DNA of 64,000 bases from Dethiobacter sp. (GCA_020725665.1 DYEO01000037.1:9558-73557), one strand, 5' to 3'. Counted from the stretch's first letter, positions 46,827-57,978 are shown. Numbers and translations are program-made. Notes: a model not told the origin generated them from the sequence alone.

Positions 46827-47006
46827 ATGGAAAGGTTTTTGGATGCGTGCTGCCGGGAATGTTTTAACAGCAAGGATAACCCCTGCAGCCAGTTTGTGGA
46901 GTGCTGTCTTTCCGGGCCGCTTTGCCATGAGGACGAAGCGTGTGCGGCTAAGCGCAAGGCCATTGTTGACAGACTGGCGCACAGCCATGGTTACTTAAAG
47001 CAGTAA
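46827..47006 (+). CDS. 59-aa Cys-rich protein (MERFLDACCRECFNSKDNPCSQFVECCLSGPLCHEDEAC...), below the ORF-track cutoff
   Basis: Own RBS (GAGGGGAG), 8 Cys, fills the nuoE-nuoF gap. Confidence 0.7.
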   Translation: MERFLDACCRECFNSKDNPCSQFVECCLSGPLCHEDEACAAKRKAIVDRLAHSHGYLKQ

Positions 47007-47037
47007 AAAACGAGCTTCGCTGGAAGGAGGGAAAGAA

Positions 47038-48822
47038 GTGTACGAAAAACAAATCCTCATCTGTGCCGGAACAGGCTGTATTTCTTCCGGCGCCTTGGAT
47101 GTTCATGAAGCTCTGCATAATGAGCTGAAAAAGCACAACCTGGAAGAGAAGGTACGCGTTATTCTTTCCGGGTGCCACGGTTTTTGTGAAAAGGGACCGA
47201 TTTTTATTGTTTACCCGGAAGATATTTTTTATTGCGAAGTTACGGTGGAAGATATGCCCGAACTGGTGGAAGAATACCTGGTCAAGGGCAATGTAGTGGA
47301 ACGGCTCCTCTACAAGGATCCCATCACCAACCAGAGGGTTACCTCGCATGAGGATATTCCCTTTTACAATAAGCAGAAGCGTCTGGTGCTGCGCAACTGC
47401 GGTGTAATCGACCCCGAGAATATCGATGAGTATATTATCCGTGGCGGGTACCAGGGTCTGAGAAACGCCCTACAGTTGGATGCTGTGAAAGTTGTGGAGA
47501 TGATCAAAAATTCGGGGCTGCGGGGTCGGGGCGGCGCCGGTTTTCCCACGGGAGTAAAGTGGGAGTTTGCCCATCGCAGTCAGGGTGATAAAAAATATGT
47601 GGTCTGTAACGCCGACGAGGGCGACCCTGGGGCTTTCATGGACCGCAGCGTGCTGGAGGGAGATCCCCATGCCGTGCTGGAGGGGATCATGATTGCTGGC
47701 AAGGCCATCGGCAGCGATGAAGCCTATATCTACGTGCGGGCGGAGTATCCCCTGGCGGTACGACGGCTGCGCACGGCCATCGCCCAGGCGGAGGAGTATG
47801 GTTTCATCGGCAATAATATCCTTAATTCCGGCTTTAATTTTAAAATTAATATTAAAGAAGGGGCCGGTGCCTTTGTCTGCGGCGAAGAGACGGCTCTTTT
47901 AGCCTCTATTGAAGGAGAGAGGGGGATGCCCCGGCCCCGCCCGCCTTTTCCCGCGGTGAAAGGACTCTGGGGTAAACCCACCTGCATCAATAACGTGGAG
48001 ACGCTGGCCAACGTCCCCCTGATCATGCGTAAGGGTGTGGACTGGTTTACAGCGGTAGGGACGGAACGAAGCAAGGGAACGAAAATATTCGCCCTGACCG
48101 GCAAGGTGAATAACACGGGTCTCTGCGAGGTCCCCATGGGGATGACCATACGGGAGATTGTCTTTGATATCGGCGGGGGCATCCGTGGCGGCAAGAAGTA
48201 TAAGGCGGTGCAGATTGGCGGACCGTCGGGCGGCTGCATTCCTGAGTCGCAGCTTGACCTGCCTGTCGATTTCGATTCCCTGACGGCGGCAGGAGCGATG
48301 ATGGGCTCGGGCGGTTTGGTGGTTATGGACGAGGAAACCTGTATGGTTGACCTGGCCCGTTATTTTCTTACCTTTACACAAAATGAATCATGCGGCAAGT
48401 GTACTCCGTGCCGTGAGGGAACAAAACGCATGCTCGAGACTCTGGAACGCATTACCCAGGGTAAGGGTGAGCCCGAAGATATTCCCCGTCTGGAGAGCCT
48501 GGCCAAATCGATCAAGGACAGCTCCCTCTGCGGCCTGGGACAAACGGCCCCCAACCCCGTTCTGACCACCCTGCGCTATTTCCGGGACGAATACGAAGCC
48601 CATATTTTTGACCGTCGCTGTCCTGCCGGCCTCTGTAAAGACCTCCTGCGCTATTATATCGATGCGGAGGTCTGTAACGGATGCCGGGCCTGCACGAAGG
48701 TCTGCCCGGCCGAGGCGATCAGCGGCGAGAAAAAGGAACCGCACGTCATCGATGATGCGAAATGTGTTAGCTGCGGCGCCTGTTTTGACCGCTGTAAATT
48801 CGGAGCTGTTAAAAAGAAATAA
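47038..48822 (+). CDS. NuoF/HydB-like NADH/FMN subunit (bifurcating-type signature)
   Basis: N-terminal 2Fe-2S, GRGGAGF, NADEGDPGAFMDR, GGPSGG, CGKCTPCR, two C-terminal 4Fe-4S motifs. Confidence 0.94.
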   Translation: MYEKQILICAGTGCISSGALDVHEALHNELKKHNLEEKVRVILSGCHGFCEKGPIFIVYPEDIFYCEVTVEDMPELVEEYLVKGNVVERLLYKDPITNQRVTSHEDIPFYNKQKRLVLRNCGVIDPENIDEYIIRGGYQGLRNALQLDAVKVVEMIKNSGLRGRGGAGFPTGVKWEFAHRSQGDKKYVVCNADEGDPGAFMDRSVLEGDPHAVLEGIMIAGKAIGSDEAYIYVRAEYPLAVRRLRTAIAQAEEYGFIGNNILNSGFNFKINIKEGAGAFVCGEETALLASIEGERGMPRPRPPFPAVKGLWGKPTCINNVETLANVPLIMRKGVDWFTAVGTERSKGTKIFALTGKVNNTGLCEVPMGMTIREIVFDIGGGIRGGKKYKAVQIGGPSGGCIPESQLDLPVDFDSLTAAGAMMGSGGLVVMDEETCMVDLARYFLTFTQNESCGKCTPCREGTKRMLETLERITQGKGEPEDIPRLESLAKSIKDSSLCGLGQTAPNPVLTTLRYFRDEYEAHIFDRRCPAGLCKDLLRYYIDAEVCNGCRACTKVCPAEAISGEKKEPHVIDDAKCVSCGACFDRCKFGAVKKK

Positions 48823-48843
48823 CCCTGCAAAGGAGGGAGAGCA

Positions 48844-51516
48844 ATGGTAACACTGACAATCAACGGCCGCAAAATAGAAGTGGAAGCGGGGACAACCATC
48901 CTGCAGGCAGCGGAAAAGCTGGGTGTTTTTATCCCTACTTTCTGCTATGATCCGCGGCTTTCACTGGTAGGGGCCTGCCGCATGTGCGTAGTGGAGGTGG
49001 AAGGGGCCCGCGCCCTTGTGGCTTCCTGCTGCACGCCGGTGGGCGAGGGTATGATGGTGCAGACGGATACGGAACGGGTTTTAACGGCGCGCCGGGCCAA
49101 CTTAAATCTGCTGCTGGCCAACCATCCCCTTGATTGCCTGACCTGTGAGAAGGCGGGCAATTGCCGCCTGCAGGATTACTGCTATCTTTACGGCATCGAA
49201 AAGAGCGAGTTCGGCGGGGAACAAAAAGATTATGCACCGGATGATACAAATCCCTTTTTTGTCCGGGATATGAACAAGTGTATTCTCTGCGGGCTCTGCG
49301 TGCGCACCTGTCATGAGATCAACGGAGCCGGGGCCATTGAGTTCATCAAAAGGGGTTTTGATTCCAAGGTAACACCGGCCTTCGATGATCCGATGGAGCA
49401 TTCTCCCTGTGTTTTCTGCGGCATGTGTACGGATGTCTGTCCCGTGGGGGCCCTGACCCCCCGGCTGGGCATGGGCAAAGGCCGCAGCTGGGAACTGACA
49501 AAAGTGAAGACGATCTGTCCGTACTGTGGCACAGGTTGCGGGCTGGAGCTTTATGTTAAGGACAATACTGTTGTGGGTGTTAGGGGAGATGCGGACAGCC
49601 CGGTGAACAGGGGACAGACCTGCGTAAAGGGCCATTTCGGCCTTGATTTCCTGAACAGCCCGGATCGCCTGACCACCCCCCTGATCCGCAAAAACGGCGC
49701 ACTGGTGGAGGCTACCTGGGATGAGGCACTGGACCTGGTTGCGTCCAAGCTGAAGGAGGTGAAGGGCACGGAAATTGCCGGGCTTGCCTCGGCGCGCGTC
49801 ACCAGCGAGGACAATTATCTTTTCCAGAAGCTGCTGCGCATGCTTGGTTCCAATAACGTGGACCACTGTGCCCGTCTCTGACACGCTCCCACCGTAGCCG
49901 GTCTGGCTACAGCTTTTGGCAGTGGGGCGATGACCAACAGTGTCGGGGAGATTGAAGACGCTGCAGCCATGCTTGTAATCGGTTCCAACACCACGGAAGC
50001 CCACCCTGTACTCGCGTACCGCATGAGGATGGCAAAGAAAAAGGGAGCCGCCCTCATCGTGGCCGACCCGCGCCGCATCGAACTGGCGGAGGAAGCCGAT
50101 GTTTTCCTGCAACTGCGTCCGGGAACCAATGAGGCCCTGTTAAACGGGCTGATCAATGTGATTATTGCCGAAGAGCTTATGGATCGGGAATTTATTGCCG
50201 CCAGGACGGAGGGCTACGAGGAGATGGCCGCTGCCGTGGCCAGGTACACGCCCGAATATGTTGCGGAGATTACGGGCGTGGCAGCGGGGGATATCCGCAA
50301 GGCGGCCCGGCTCTACGCCGGCGCGGAGCGGGCGGGCATATACTATACCATGGGAATAACCCAACACACCTCCGGTACGAATACGGTGCTCACTATTGCC
50401 AACCTGGCCATGCTTACAGGCAATCTGGGCAAGCCGTCCAGCGGCGTCAATCCTCTGCGGGGGCAGAACAACGTGCAGGGAGCCTGCGATATGGGTGCAT
50501 TGCCCGTTGTCTATACCGCCTACCAGCGGGTGGATGTTGAAGAGAACCGCAACAAATTTTCCCGGGCCTGGGGAGTGGAGCTTAACCCTCAACCGGGATT
50601 GACCGTAACGGAGATGATGGAGGGGGCCTTGGAGGGTAAAGTAAGGTTCCTTTATATCATGGGCGAAAACCCCGCTTTGACCGACGCCAACCTGCATCAC
50701 GTTGAGGAGGCCCTGGAGAAGGTGGAATTCCTGGTAGTGCAGGATATCTTCCTCACGGAAACGGCGGCCAAGGCCCACGTCGTCCTTCCGGCGGCGGCCT
50801 TTGCGGAGAAAGGTGGGACCTTTACCAATACGGAGCGGCGCGTGCAGTTGTTTAAGCAGGCGGTAACACCTCCCGGGAAAGCAAAAGCGGATTGGCAAAT
50901 CCTGCAGGAACTTGCCCGAAGGGTTGGTTTCAACTGGCAGTATAACGGACCCGCGGATATCTTTGCAGAGATAACCACCCTTACCCCCAGCTACGCCGGG
51001 ATCAGTTACGAGCGCCTGGAGCAGGAAGGCGGCCTGCAGTGGCCCTGTCCCTCCCCGGACCATCCCGGCACTCCATACCTGCACGGCGATAAATTTACGC
51101 GGGGCAAAGGAATGTTCAGCGTCGTCGAATACACCCCGGCGGCGGAGATGACGGACGGGGATTACCCGTTAATCCTTACCACGGGGCGCAACCTTTACCA
51201 CTATCACTCCGGTTCCATGACGCATCGCAGCAAGGGGATCGAGGCATACCGTCCGGAAGAGCTGGCACAGGTTAATGTTGATGATGCAGCCCGCATGGGT
51301 ATCTGTGACGGTGACCTGGTAAAGCTGTCCTCGCGCCGGGGTGAATTGGAGACGCGGGTAGAGGTAACGGACGTGGTGCCTCCCGGTGTTGTGTTTATGA
51401 CCTTCCATTTCCCCGCTGCGCCGGTGAATATTCTCACCAACGACAAACTTGATCCGGTGGCTAAAATCCCCGAGCTCAAAGTATGTGCCGTAAAGATGGA
51501 AAAAGTTGCTTCCTAG
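48844..51516 (+). CDS. fdhA: Formate dehydrogenase alpha subunit, selenocysteine at TGA 49879-49881
   Basis: HCARL-U-HAPTV joins two in-frame ORFs; N-terminal Fe-S domains, CPYCGTGC, RGQNNVQG. Confidence 0.94.
49882..49910 (+). promoter_or_regulatory. Bacterial SECIS hairpin GTAGCC-GGTCT-GGCTAC
   Basis: Stem starts 12 nt after UGA; GGUCU loop resembles the fdhF SECIS. Confidence 0.85.
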
Positions 51517-51566
51517 GGGGAAACCGGGATAGTACAGGTAAACATGATCATAATGACAATCATTAC

Positions 51567-51597
51567 AGGGCGAACCTTTACGGTTCGCCTTTTTTTT
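51567..51597 (+). terminator. Intrinsic terminator after fdhA
   Basis: GGGCGAACC-N5-GGTTCGCCT followed by a T run. Confidence 0.85.
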
Positions 51598-52140
51598 ATT
51601 GAGGTTTAAACCCTTTAATGAGATGGGCCAGCGCAGTAAGTGTGCGTGGCGCAGCCGTTTCTTCCGGTAAATATCCCTTTTCTTTTAATAGGAGGAAAAT
51701 TTCCAATAGTAACGGCCGACCCAGTCCCGCCGCTGCTACCAGTTCCTCCGTATGGAAAACCTGTTCAGGAGGGCCTTTACCCAAAAATTTGCCTCCGCCT
51801 AAAACAATTACCTCTTCAGCCCAACTGTGGGCAAGATCGGCATCATGGGTGGAGATGATCACAGTGGTGCCTTTTTTGCTGATCGCATGGAAAAGATCCA
51901 TCACCTTGCGGGCGTGTTCCTGGTCCAGCCAGGCGGTAGCCTTCACTGACGGCAAGGGGAATCTGGGTAACAGCGAAGATGGCGGCGAACTTGACAAAGG
52001 AGGCTGCCACACCACCTGCTTCCATGGAAAAGGCGAGGGCCAGTTGCATTGATGTTACCAGGTAGGTAACCATGCTGGCCATGAAAGCCGCGAGAAAAAT
52101 GGAAAGCCAGCGGGGCAGGGCTGCCTTCTGTCCCAGTATA
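51596..52140 (-). pseudogene. Fused remnants of cobalt ECF transporter cbiM (3' part) and cbiO (3' part)
   Basis: TYLVTSMQLALAF...FAVTQIPLAVSEG abuts TAWLD...TTVIISTHD near 51938. Confidence 0.75.
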
Positions 52141-52239
52141 CTGTTGCCGGCTTCCACTAAGGGAAGAGGTGTCCTGAAACCATGCACATTTTTTCTGTTA
52201 CCCGTTCTCAGAGGATAGAGGTCAGCCTAGGAACTGGTT

Positions 52240-52923
52240 TTAAGGAATCAATGGCTTATGCAGGGTTACTTTGTACAATTTTCTTGGCAATCCCCCTTCT
52301 TCAAAGTCGCTAATATCAATTATATCAAATCCTTTGGCCAGAACTTTAACTTTATCTTTACTAAAAAAATGCACGATAAAACCTCCTGTTTCATACATAT
52401 CTTCTCCCCTGTGGATACCGCTTTTGTAATGCTTGTCACCTGTGTGCCTCACTGTATAGACGATGATGCCTCCCGGTTTTAAAACCCTTTGTAATTCTTG
52501 GAAGATAAAGGTTAATTCCTCAGTTGTAAGGGCCATGCAAAACAACATATGGGAAAAACTGCCGTCGAAAAAGTCATTATCAAAAGGAAAGGGTTTTCTG
52601 ACATCATGTTCCACTGTAATTACAGAGGAAGATAACCCGGATTTCTGAGCCTTTTCTCCAATTGCCCTTAAGCCGGCTTCGCAATAATCCAGGGCATGGA
52701 CCTGAAAACCCTTACGGGCAAAAAAAAGCGTATCACGGCCCTGCCCGCAACCAAGTTCAAGAATTGTTGTTATGTCTTCTTTCCTGAATATTTCTGCTGC
52801 TTTTACAGCAGGGTCGCTGGGAGCTTCACCAAACATATCCGGTTTTTGCAAAAAGGTGTTTTCCCAGTGTGCTTGCTGCAAATCACGCATTTTCTTTAAG
52901 ATATGGGGATTCTTGTTATTCAC
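52240..52923 (-). CDS. Class I SAM-dependent methyltransferase
   Basis: LELGCGQGRD, LKPGG. Confidence 0.9.
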   Translation of the reverse strand: MNNKNPHILKKMRDLQQAHWENTFLQKPDMFGEAPSDPAVKAAEIFRKEDITTILELGCGQGRDTLFFARKGFQVHALDYCEAGLRAIGEKAQKSGLSSSVITVEHDVRKPFPFDNDFFDGSFSHMLFCMALTTEELTFIFQELQRVLKPGGIIVYTVRHTGDKHYKSGIHRGEDMYETGGFIVHFFSKDKVKVLAKGFDIIDISDFEEGGLPRKLYKVTLHKPLIP

Positions 52924-52963
52924 TGCTGTTTACCCCTTTAATAAGATTTTTGGAAAATCACTA

Positions 52964-53506
52964 TTAGTTCAGGAGCAATAAACCGGCAAAGTAGAGATTT
53001 TCTCTGTCCAGCGGCCTAATAGGTACACCGGCGTTTTCACAGGTCTTGTAGATGTTAATGCCCACAGCTTCCATACTGGGACGGGCGCGGAAGGGATGGC
53101 GGCACCTTTCTCCTGATTTTACACCCACGCATACGGGACAAAGGCGGCACTGGGCGGCCCCAAAGCCTGCAACGAAATAATTGCCTGCCATTAAGGCTTT
53201 CGTCTCCAGGTCGCTAATCAGGTTTTGCACGTGTACCTCCGCTGCGATAATCTCTTCTTCACTGCTTCCTTTTGCCCTGACCTGGATCAGGATCGCCTCG
53301 GAATACATGCTTAAAAGTTTTTTAAATTCGTCCACAGTCAGAGTATTGGGTGGGCACATTAAACTCTGATTATACGCATCGCAGATCGGAACCCGGCATT
53401 TCAGGCGCACTCTCTCGTCCACAACCACCTGGCTCGGAGCGATTGGCACCGCACGGTCAGCCCCTCCGTCCAGGGCATCCTGAATGATCTGGTTAACTGT
53501 TTGCAT
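52964..53506 (-). CDS. DUF2284 metal-binding protein
   Basis: RLKC...CPP, CRLCPVC, CRHPFRARPSMEAVGI. Confidence 0.85.
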   Translation of the reverse strand: MQTVNQIIQDALDGGADRAVPIAPSQVVVDERVRLKCRVPICDAYNQSLMCPPNTLTVDEFKKLLSMYSEAILIQVRAKGSSEEEIIAAEVHVQNLISDLETKALMAGNYFVAGFGAAQCRLCPVCVGVKSGERCRHPFRARPSMEAVGINIYKTCENAGVPIRPLDRENLYFAGLLLLN

Positions 53507-53523
53507 TTTTACATTCTCCTTTT

Positions 53524-54276
53524 TTATGTGGTCAGACGACGGTAAATTTCCGGCAGTTTTACCGGCAGCATATTTATTTCATTAATTAAAACGTAGCCTA
53601 CTTTGCTAAAAATCTTATCCATATAGTCTTTGGCATGTTTATTAACCGTAAGACAAAAAGGAGTTATCCCGCTGGCACGGGCTTCCCATAAAGCCATGCG
53701 TGTATCGGCCTGGGGATAAAGGGCTTCATCCTGGCGAAGCCAGTAACTGTAATCCCTTTCTTCTTTCTCCCGGGCACGGTAGTCCATATCAAAAGGGCGT
53801 CCGTCACTGAGAATAATCAGAAGCTTTACTGCGGCCCGGACCTTGTGAATTTTTTGGATTGCATGCCTTATGGCTGCGGCAAGCCTGGTCATTTTTGCAC
53901 TACGCAGGCCGTCGAAACGACGCCTGATCTCATTTGTATAAACTTCATAAAATTCTTTGACTACATAAAAATCAACTTCCAATCTGCCGTCACTGGAAAA
54001 AGCATAAATGGAAAAGTTATCACCAAGCATCTCCAGCGCTTCGGCCATAATGATAACGGCTTCTTTTTCCATATCTAAAATGGTTTTGCCTTCCTTAATT
54101 ATTTCATCGGTAGAGCCACTGCAATCCAGCAGAAAGGCTACGGCAACGTCTCTTGTACGTTTATCCCTCCAGATATAAAGGTTTTCGGCATTGGCAATGC
54201 CCAGACGTCTTTCAACCATAGCCTCTATGGCCGCATCGAGATCGATATGACCACCTTCAGGTTGGCGATTCAGCCT
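53524..54276 (-). pseudogene. NorD/CbbO-like VWA-domain protein, 5'-truncated
   Basis: IDLDAAIE, LLDCSGST (MIDAS), TRLAAAIRH, LSDGRP; the long N-terminus is missing. Confidence 0.72.
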
Positions 54277-54505
54277 TCATCATCCAGCAGTTGGTCTACC
54301 TTTTTTAGCTCTTCATCAAGCTCGAATAACTCTTTGGGTAATATTGCTTTATATATGGTAATCTGGTCGGTCTTTTCATTGCATTGCTTAAGCATGCTAT
54401 CTCTACATCCTCTTTAGACTAGTATATCATAAATAACCATTGAGGAGGAGAGGGTAATACGATTTTTACAGCATTTTTTATGGGTGTTTTTCAGGAGTAA
54501 CTAAG
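54270..54505 (-). mobile_element. IS remnant (ISNCY/IS5-like transposase N-terminus MLKQCNEKTDQITIYKAILPKELFELDEELKKVDQLLDDE plus probable IS end)
   Basis: 41-codon ORF 54270-54395 with RBS, cut at the VWA junction; family assignment recalled from memory. Confidence 0.5.
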
Positions 54506-55292
54506 TAGACTCCTAAAATTAAACTAAACATATTACCATAATTACCATATTTTGGTCTAGTCATCCACATTCCCAGATGCTATAATAGGTATGTTGGGAA
54601 TAAAGGAACTTCAAGGCGAAAGAATAGTTGCCCCTGAACGGCTTAGAAACCCTGGTGGTGGCCGCAAATCTGTAATTGAGAAAGATCCTAAGCTTTTGGA
54701 AAGTCTTGATAAAATACTAGATCCGGCTACACGTGGTAATCCCGAGTCTCCCCTGCGCTGGAGCAGTAAAAACATCGTCAAGCTTGGCAAGGAACTTCGG
54801 GACATGGGACATTCTATCTCTGCTAATACTGTTCAGGTGTTGTTAAAAGAACTGCGCTACAGTCTGCAAAGCAACCTCAAAACACGCGAAGGGGGCAACC
54901 ATGAAGACCGGGATCAGCAGTTTCTGTTCATCAAAGAGCAAGTGGAACAATTTCAGGAAAAGAATCAACCGGTCATCTCCGTAGACGCCAAGAAAAAAGA
55001 ACTGGTCGGTGATTTCAAAAATAACGGCAAAGAATATCGTCCCCAAGGTGACCCTGAAAAAGTAAGAGTGCATGACTTTATGATCAAGGATGAAGACCAC
55101 GGCAGAGTAACCCCTTACGGTGTTTATGACTTAAGCAGTAACACTGGTTGGGTGAATCTCGGCACAGACAGCGATACTTCAGCCTTTGCGGTAGAAAGCA
55201 TCAGGCGCTGGTATTATACCATGGGACAGCAGGCGTACCCGGATGCCAAAGAGCTACTCATCACGGCAGATTCTTACTCCGGCAACACTTAA
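54506..55292 (+). mobile_element. ISAzo13-family transposase, truncated at both ends
   Basis: PGGGRK, RGNPESPLRW, DRDQQF, ISVDAKKKELVG, PYGVYD, LLITAD then breaks. Confidence 0.88.
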
Positions 55293-55376
55293 TGAACTTA
55301 GACTTTTAACCAATACAAAGGCAGGTTTTAGCAAAAAAACGGCGAACAATAGTAGTATCCCGGAAAGAAAGGTGAT

Positions 55377-56168
55377 GTGACGGTGGGGGAAAAAGGATCT
55401 AAAGAGATTGAAATCCGGCGGGTAAAAGACGGTCGCCGCATGGATGAAAAGGACCATGTCGCGGTGGAATCTCCCCTGACCATCTTTTTTAACGAGCAGG
55501 AACTGGTGACCCTACTCTGTTCTCCCCGGGATCTCCAGTACCTGGCCCTTGGCTTTTTGCGCTCGGAGGGGCTGATCAACGGGGTGGATGAGTTGGAGAA
55601 AGTAACGTTAGATCAAGAACGGAGTATTGTTTATGTTTATGCAAAAGAACAAGGGAACCTGGCGGAAAAGCTTTATGGTAAAAGGACGATCACTTCGGGA
55701 TGTGGCAAGGGGACAGTTTTTTTCCATGCCCTTGATTCCCTGCAGAGCAAACCGGTTATCTCCGCGCTGAAGGTAAAAGGGGAGAGCCTTTTTACACTGA
55801 TGCGTGCCCTGCAGGAGAGGTCTCTGCTATTTCATGCCACGGGGGGGGTGCACAGCGCCGCCCTGGCGGAAGAGGGGCAAATCCTCGTATACAGTGAGGA
55901 TATCGGACGACACAATGCCATGGATAAGATCGTGGGTGAATGCCTGGTTAGAGGTATTTCCCTGCATGATAGGATTCTCCTGAGCAGCGGGCGCCTATCT
56001 GTGGAGATTGTGCTGAAGGGGGCGAAGATGGGCTTGCCTCTCATTGTTTCCCGATCCGCTCCCACTTCCCTGGCTGTGGAACTGGCTGACCGGATGGGGA
56101 TTACTCTGGTGGGCTTTGTCCGTGGAAGCCGTTTTAATATATATACCCATGAAGAACGTATTCTTTAG
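55377..56168 (+). CDS. fdhD: Formate dehydrogenase sulfurtransferase
   Basis: SGCGKG, TGGVHSA, EDIGRHNAMDK, SGR, SAPT. Confidence 0.93.
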   Translation: MTVGEKGSKEIEIRRVKDGRRMDEKDHVAVESPLTIFFNEQELVTLLCSPRDLQYLALGFLRSEGLINGVDELEKVTLDQERSIVYVYAKEQGNLAEKLYGKRTITSGCGKGTVFFHALDSLQSKPVISALKVKGESLFTLMRALQERSLLFHATGGVHSAALAEEGQILVYSEDIGRHNAMDKIVGECLVRGISLHDRILLSSGRLSVEIVLKGAKMGLPLIVSRSAPTSLAVELADRMGITLVGFVRGSRFNIYTHEERIL

Positions 56169-56548
56169 GGTCAGACGGAATATAAATTTAGAAAGGGATA
56201 AACTAAAGAAGAGGGCTGATTTTCCGCAGGGATTGGACAGGCAAAAAACGGAGATATCATGAGCTATTTCTCAAAATACTGTGTATCAAGAGATTAAACC
56301 CATCAGAATATTTCTCCAGCTTATAAAATATTAAAATTTTCTAACCAAAGAGCTTGCCCGGTTTTGCTAAGCGGTAACACCCTATGCTATAATCAATTAA
56401 AACTATAGATCACCTTTTATAGGCATGTTCTTGTCTGTAGGATTTATTTCGTGCCAAAAGGAGATGACCTTGATGATGAGGTTATAGCTTTTATTGTGTT
56501 ATTATTAGATATAAATTTTTAAGAAATTTTAAAGGAGGGGATAGTCGG

Positions 56549-57928
56549 ATGGCTTTTGATGCGGTGAAAAAAGTAGCGGCAGGCTATGCCCTGGAGAAGG
56601 CGATTAAGTACATAACCAAGGACCCGGAAAAGAACCTGATTACATTGATGAACTTTGTGGAAAAAGTTGCTGTAGTACCTGACCACAAAATTGCTGTAAG
56701 CAAGCTTAAAAACCACTTTCAAAACAGCCCGCACATCATGGCACAAACCAGGCGCGTAGCCGGTAACCCCAAAATGCTTTATAACCTCTTTAACTCCTGG
56801 GTAATCAACGCCACCCTGCTGGGAAGGCCCAAGCGGGAGAAAATTGCCGAGGAAATCGGGGCATCTGTCCCCATGGTGATTCTCATGGATCCGACGGCTG
56901 CGTGCAACCTGCGCTGTGAAGGCTGCTGGGCCGGGGAATACCGCAAGGCGGATCATCTGGAACCGGAACTTTTCCATCGTATTATTAATGAGGCCAAGGA
57001 ACTGGGCATTTACTGGATTGTTCTCTCCGGAGGGGAGCCGTTCTGCTATCCCTATCTTTATGATGTGATTGCCGAACACCCCGATTCGGTGTTCATGACA
57101 TACACTAACGGAACGCTTATCGATGAAAAGGCTGCCGACCGCCTTGCCGAGCTGGCCAACCTTTCTCCCGCTTTCAGCATGGAGGGATGGCGCGAACAAA
57201 CGGACGGGCGCCGGGGTGCGGGTACTTTTGACAAGGTGACCAGGGCCATGGACTTGCTGCGGGAGCGGGGTGTATTTTTCGGTGTATCGGTAACCTCCAT
57301 GCGCCATAATATTGAGGAATTATTCAGTTACGATTTTATTGATTTCCTGGTGGAAAAAGGGGCTACCTACATGTGGTCCTTCCATTATATTCCCGTAGGC
57401 CGCAACCCCAACCTCGATTTGATGCTCACGCCGGAGCAGCGCCTCTGGATGGTCGACAGGGTTAGAGAACTGCGGGGGACAAGGCCGATTTTTATTGCAG
57501 ATTTCTGGAATGACGGGGAATACACCAAAGGATGCATTGCCGGAGGAAAACAGTATTTCCATATCAATGCCGCAGGAGATGTGGAACCGTGTGCCTTTGT
57601 CCACTTTGCCGTGGATAACATCAAGCATAAATCCCTGCGGGAAGTGCTGCAAAACCCCTTCTTTAAAGCTTACCAGCAAAAACAACCCTTCAATGAAAAT
57701 CACCTTGCGCCCTGTCCCATCATCGATGCACCGGCTGCGCTGCGTGCCATGGTCAAAGAGTGTGGCGCCTATCCCACGCATACGGGGGCGGAGCACGTGC
57801 TACAGGGGGATGTGGCCGACCACCTGGATACAGTTTCCGGTAAATGGCTCTCCCTGGCCAACGGCTATAATATGGAAAAAGAACGCTGTGACGAAAATCC
57901 CAAGGAGGAGGAAGAAGTCAGAGCGTAA
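56549..57928 (+). CDS. Radical SAM/SPASM domain protein
   Basis: CNLRCEGC, GGEP, CIAGG...EPC. Confidence 0.9.
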   Translation: MAFDAVKKVAAGYALEKAIKYITKDPEKNLITLMNFVEKVAVVPDHKIAVSKLKNHFQNSPHIMAQTRRVAGNPKMLYNLFNSWVINATLLGRPKREKIAEEIGASVPMVILMDPTAACNLRCEGCWAGEYRKADHLEPELFHRIINEAKELGIYWIVLSGGEPFCYPYLYDVIAEHPDSVFMTYTNGTLIDEKAADRLAELANLSPAFSMEGWREQTDGRRGAGTFDKVTRAMDLLRERGVFFGVSVTSMRHNIEELFSYDFIDFLVEKGATYMWSFHYIPVGRNPNLDLMLTPEQRLWMVDRVRELRGTRPIFIADFWNDGEYTKGCIAGGKQYFHINAAGDVEPCAFVHFAVDNIKHKSLREVLQNPFFKAYQQKQPFNENHLAPCPIIDAPAALRAMVKECGAYPTHTGAEHVLQGDVADHLDTVSGKWLSLANGYNMEKERCDENPKEEEEVRA

Positions 57929-57978
57929 ACTCAGGAGTCAGGAGACAGAATGAGAGAACCGGCGAAAACATTTGAAGA
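57929..57978 (+). repeat. Heptamer-repeat (CAGGAGT) element end with four-helix-bundle N-terminal remnant (MREPAKTFED)
   Basis: Closely matches 62163-62226. Confidence 0.65.

Noticed and set aside
48844-49929. fdhA as two genes or a pseudogene
   Set aside because: The TGA is at the conserved Sec position and is followed by a SECIS
52150-52240. Cobalamin riboswitch upstream of the cbiM remnant
   Set aside because: No B12-box or GGGAA core recognisable; the 5' part of cbiM is deleted
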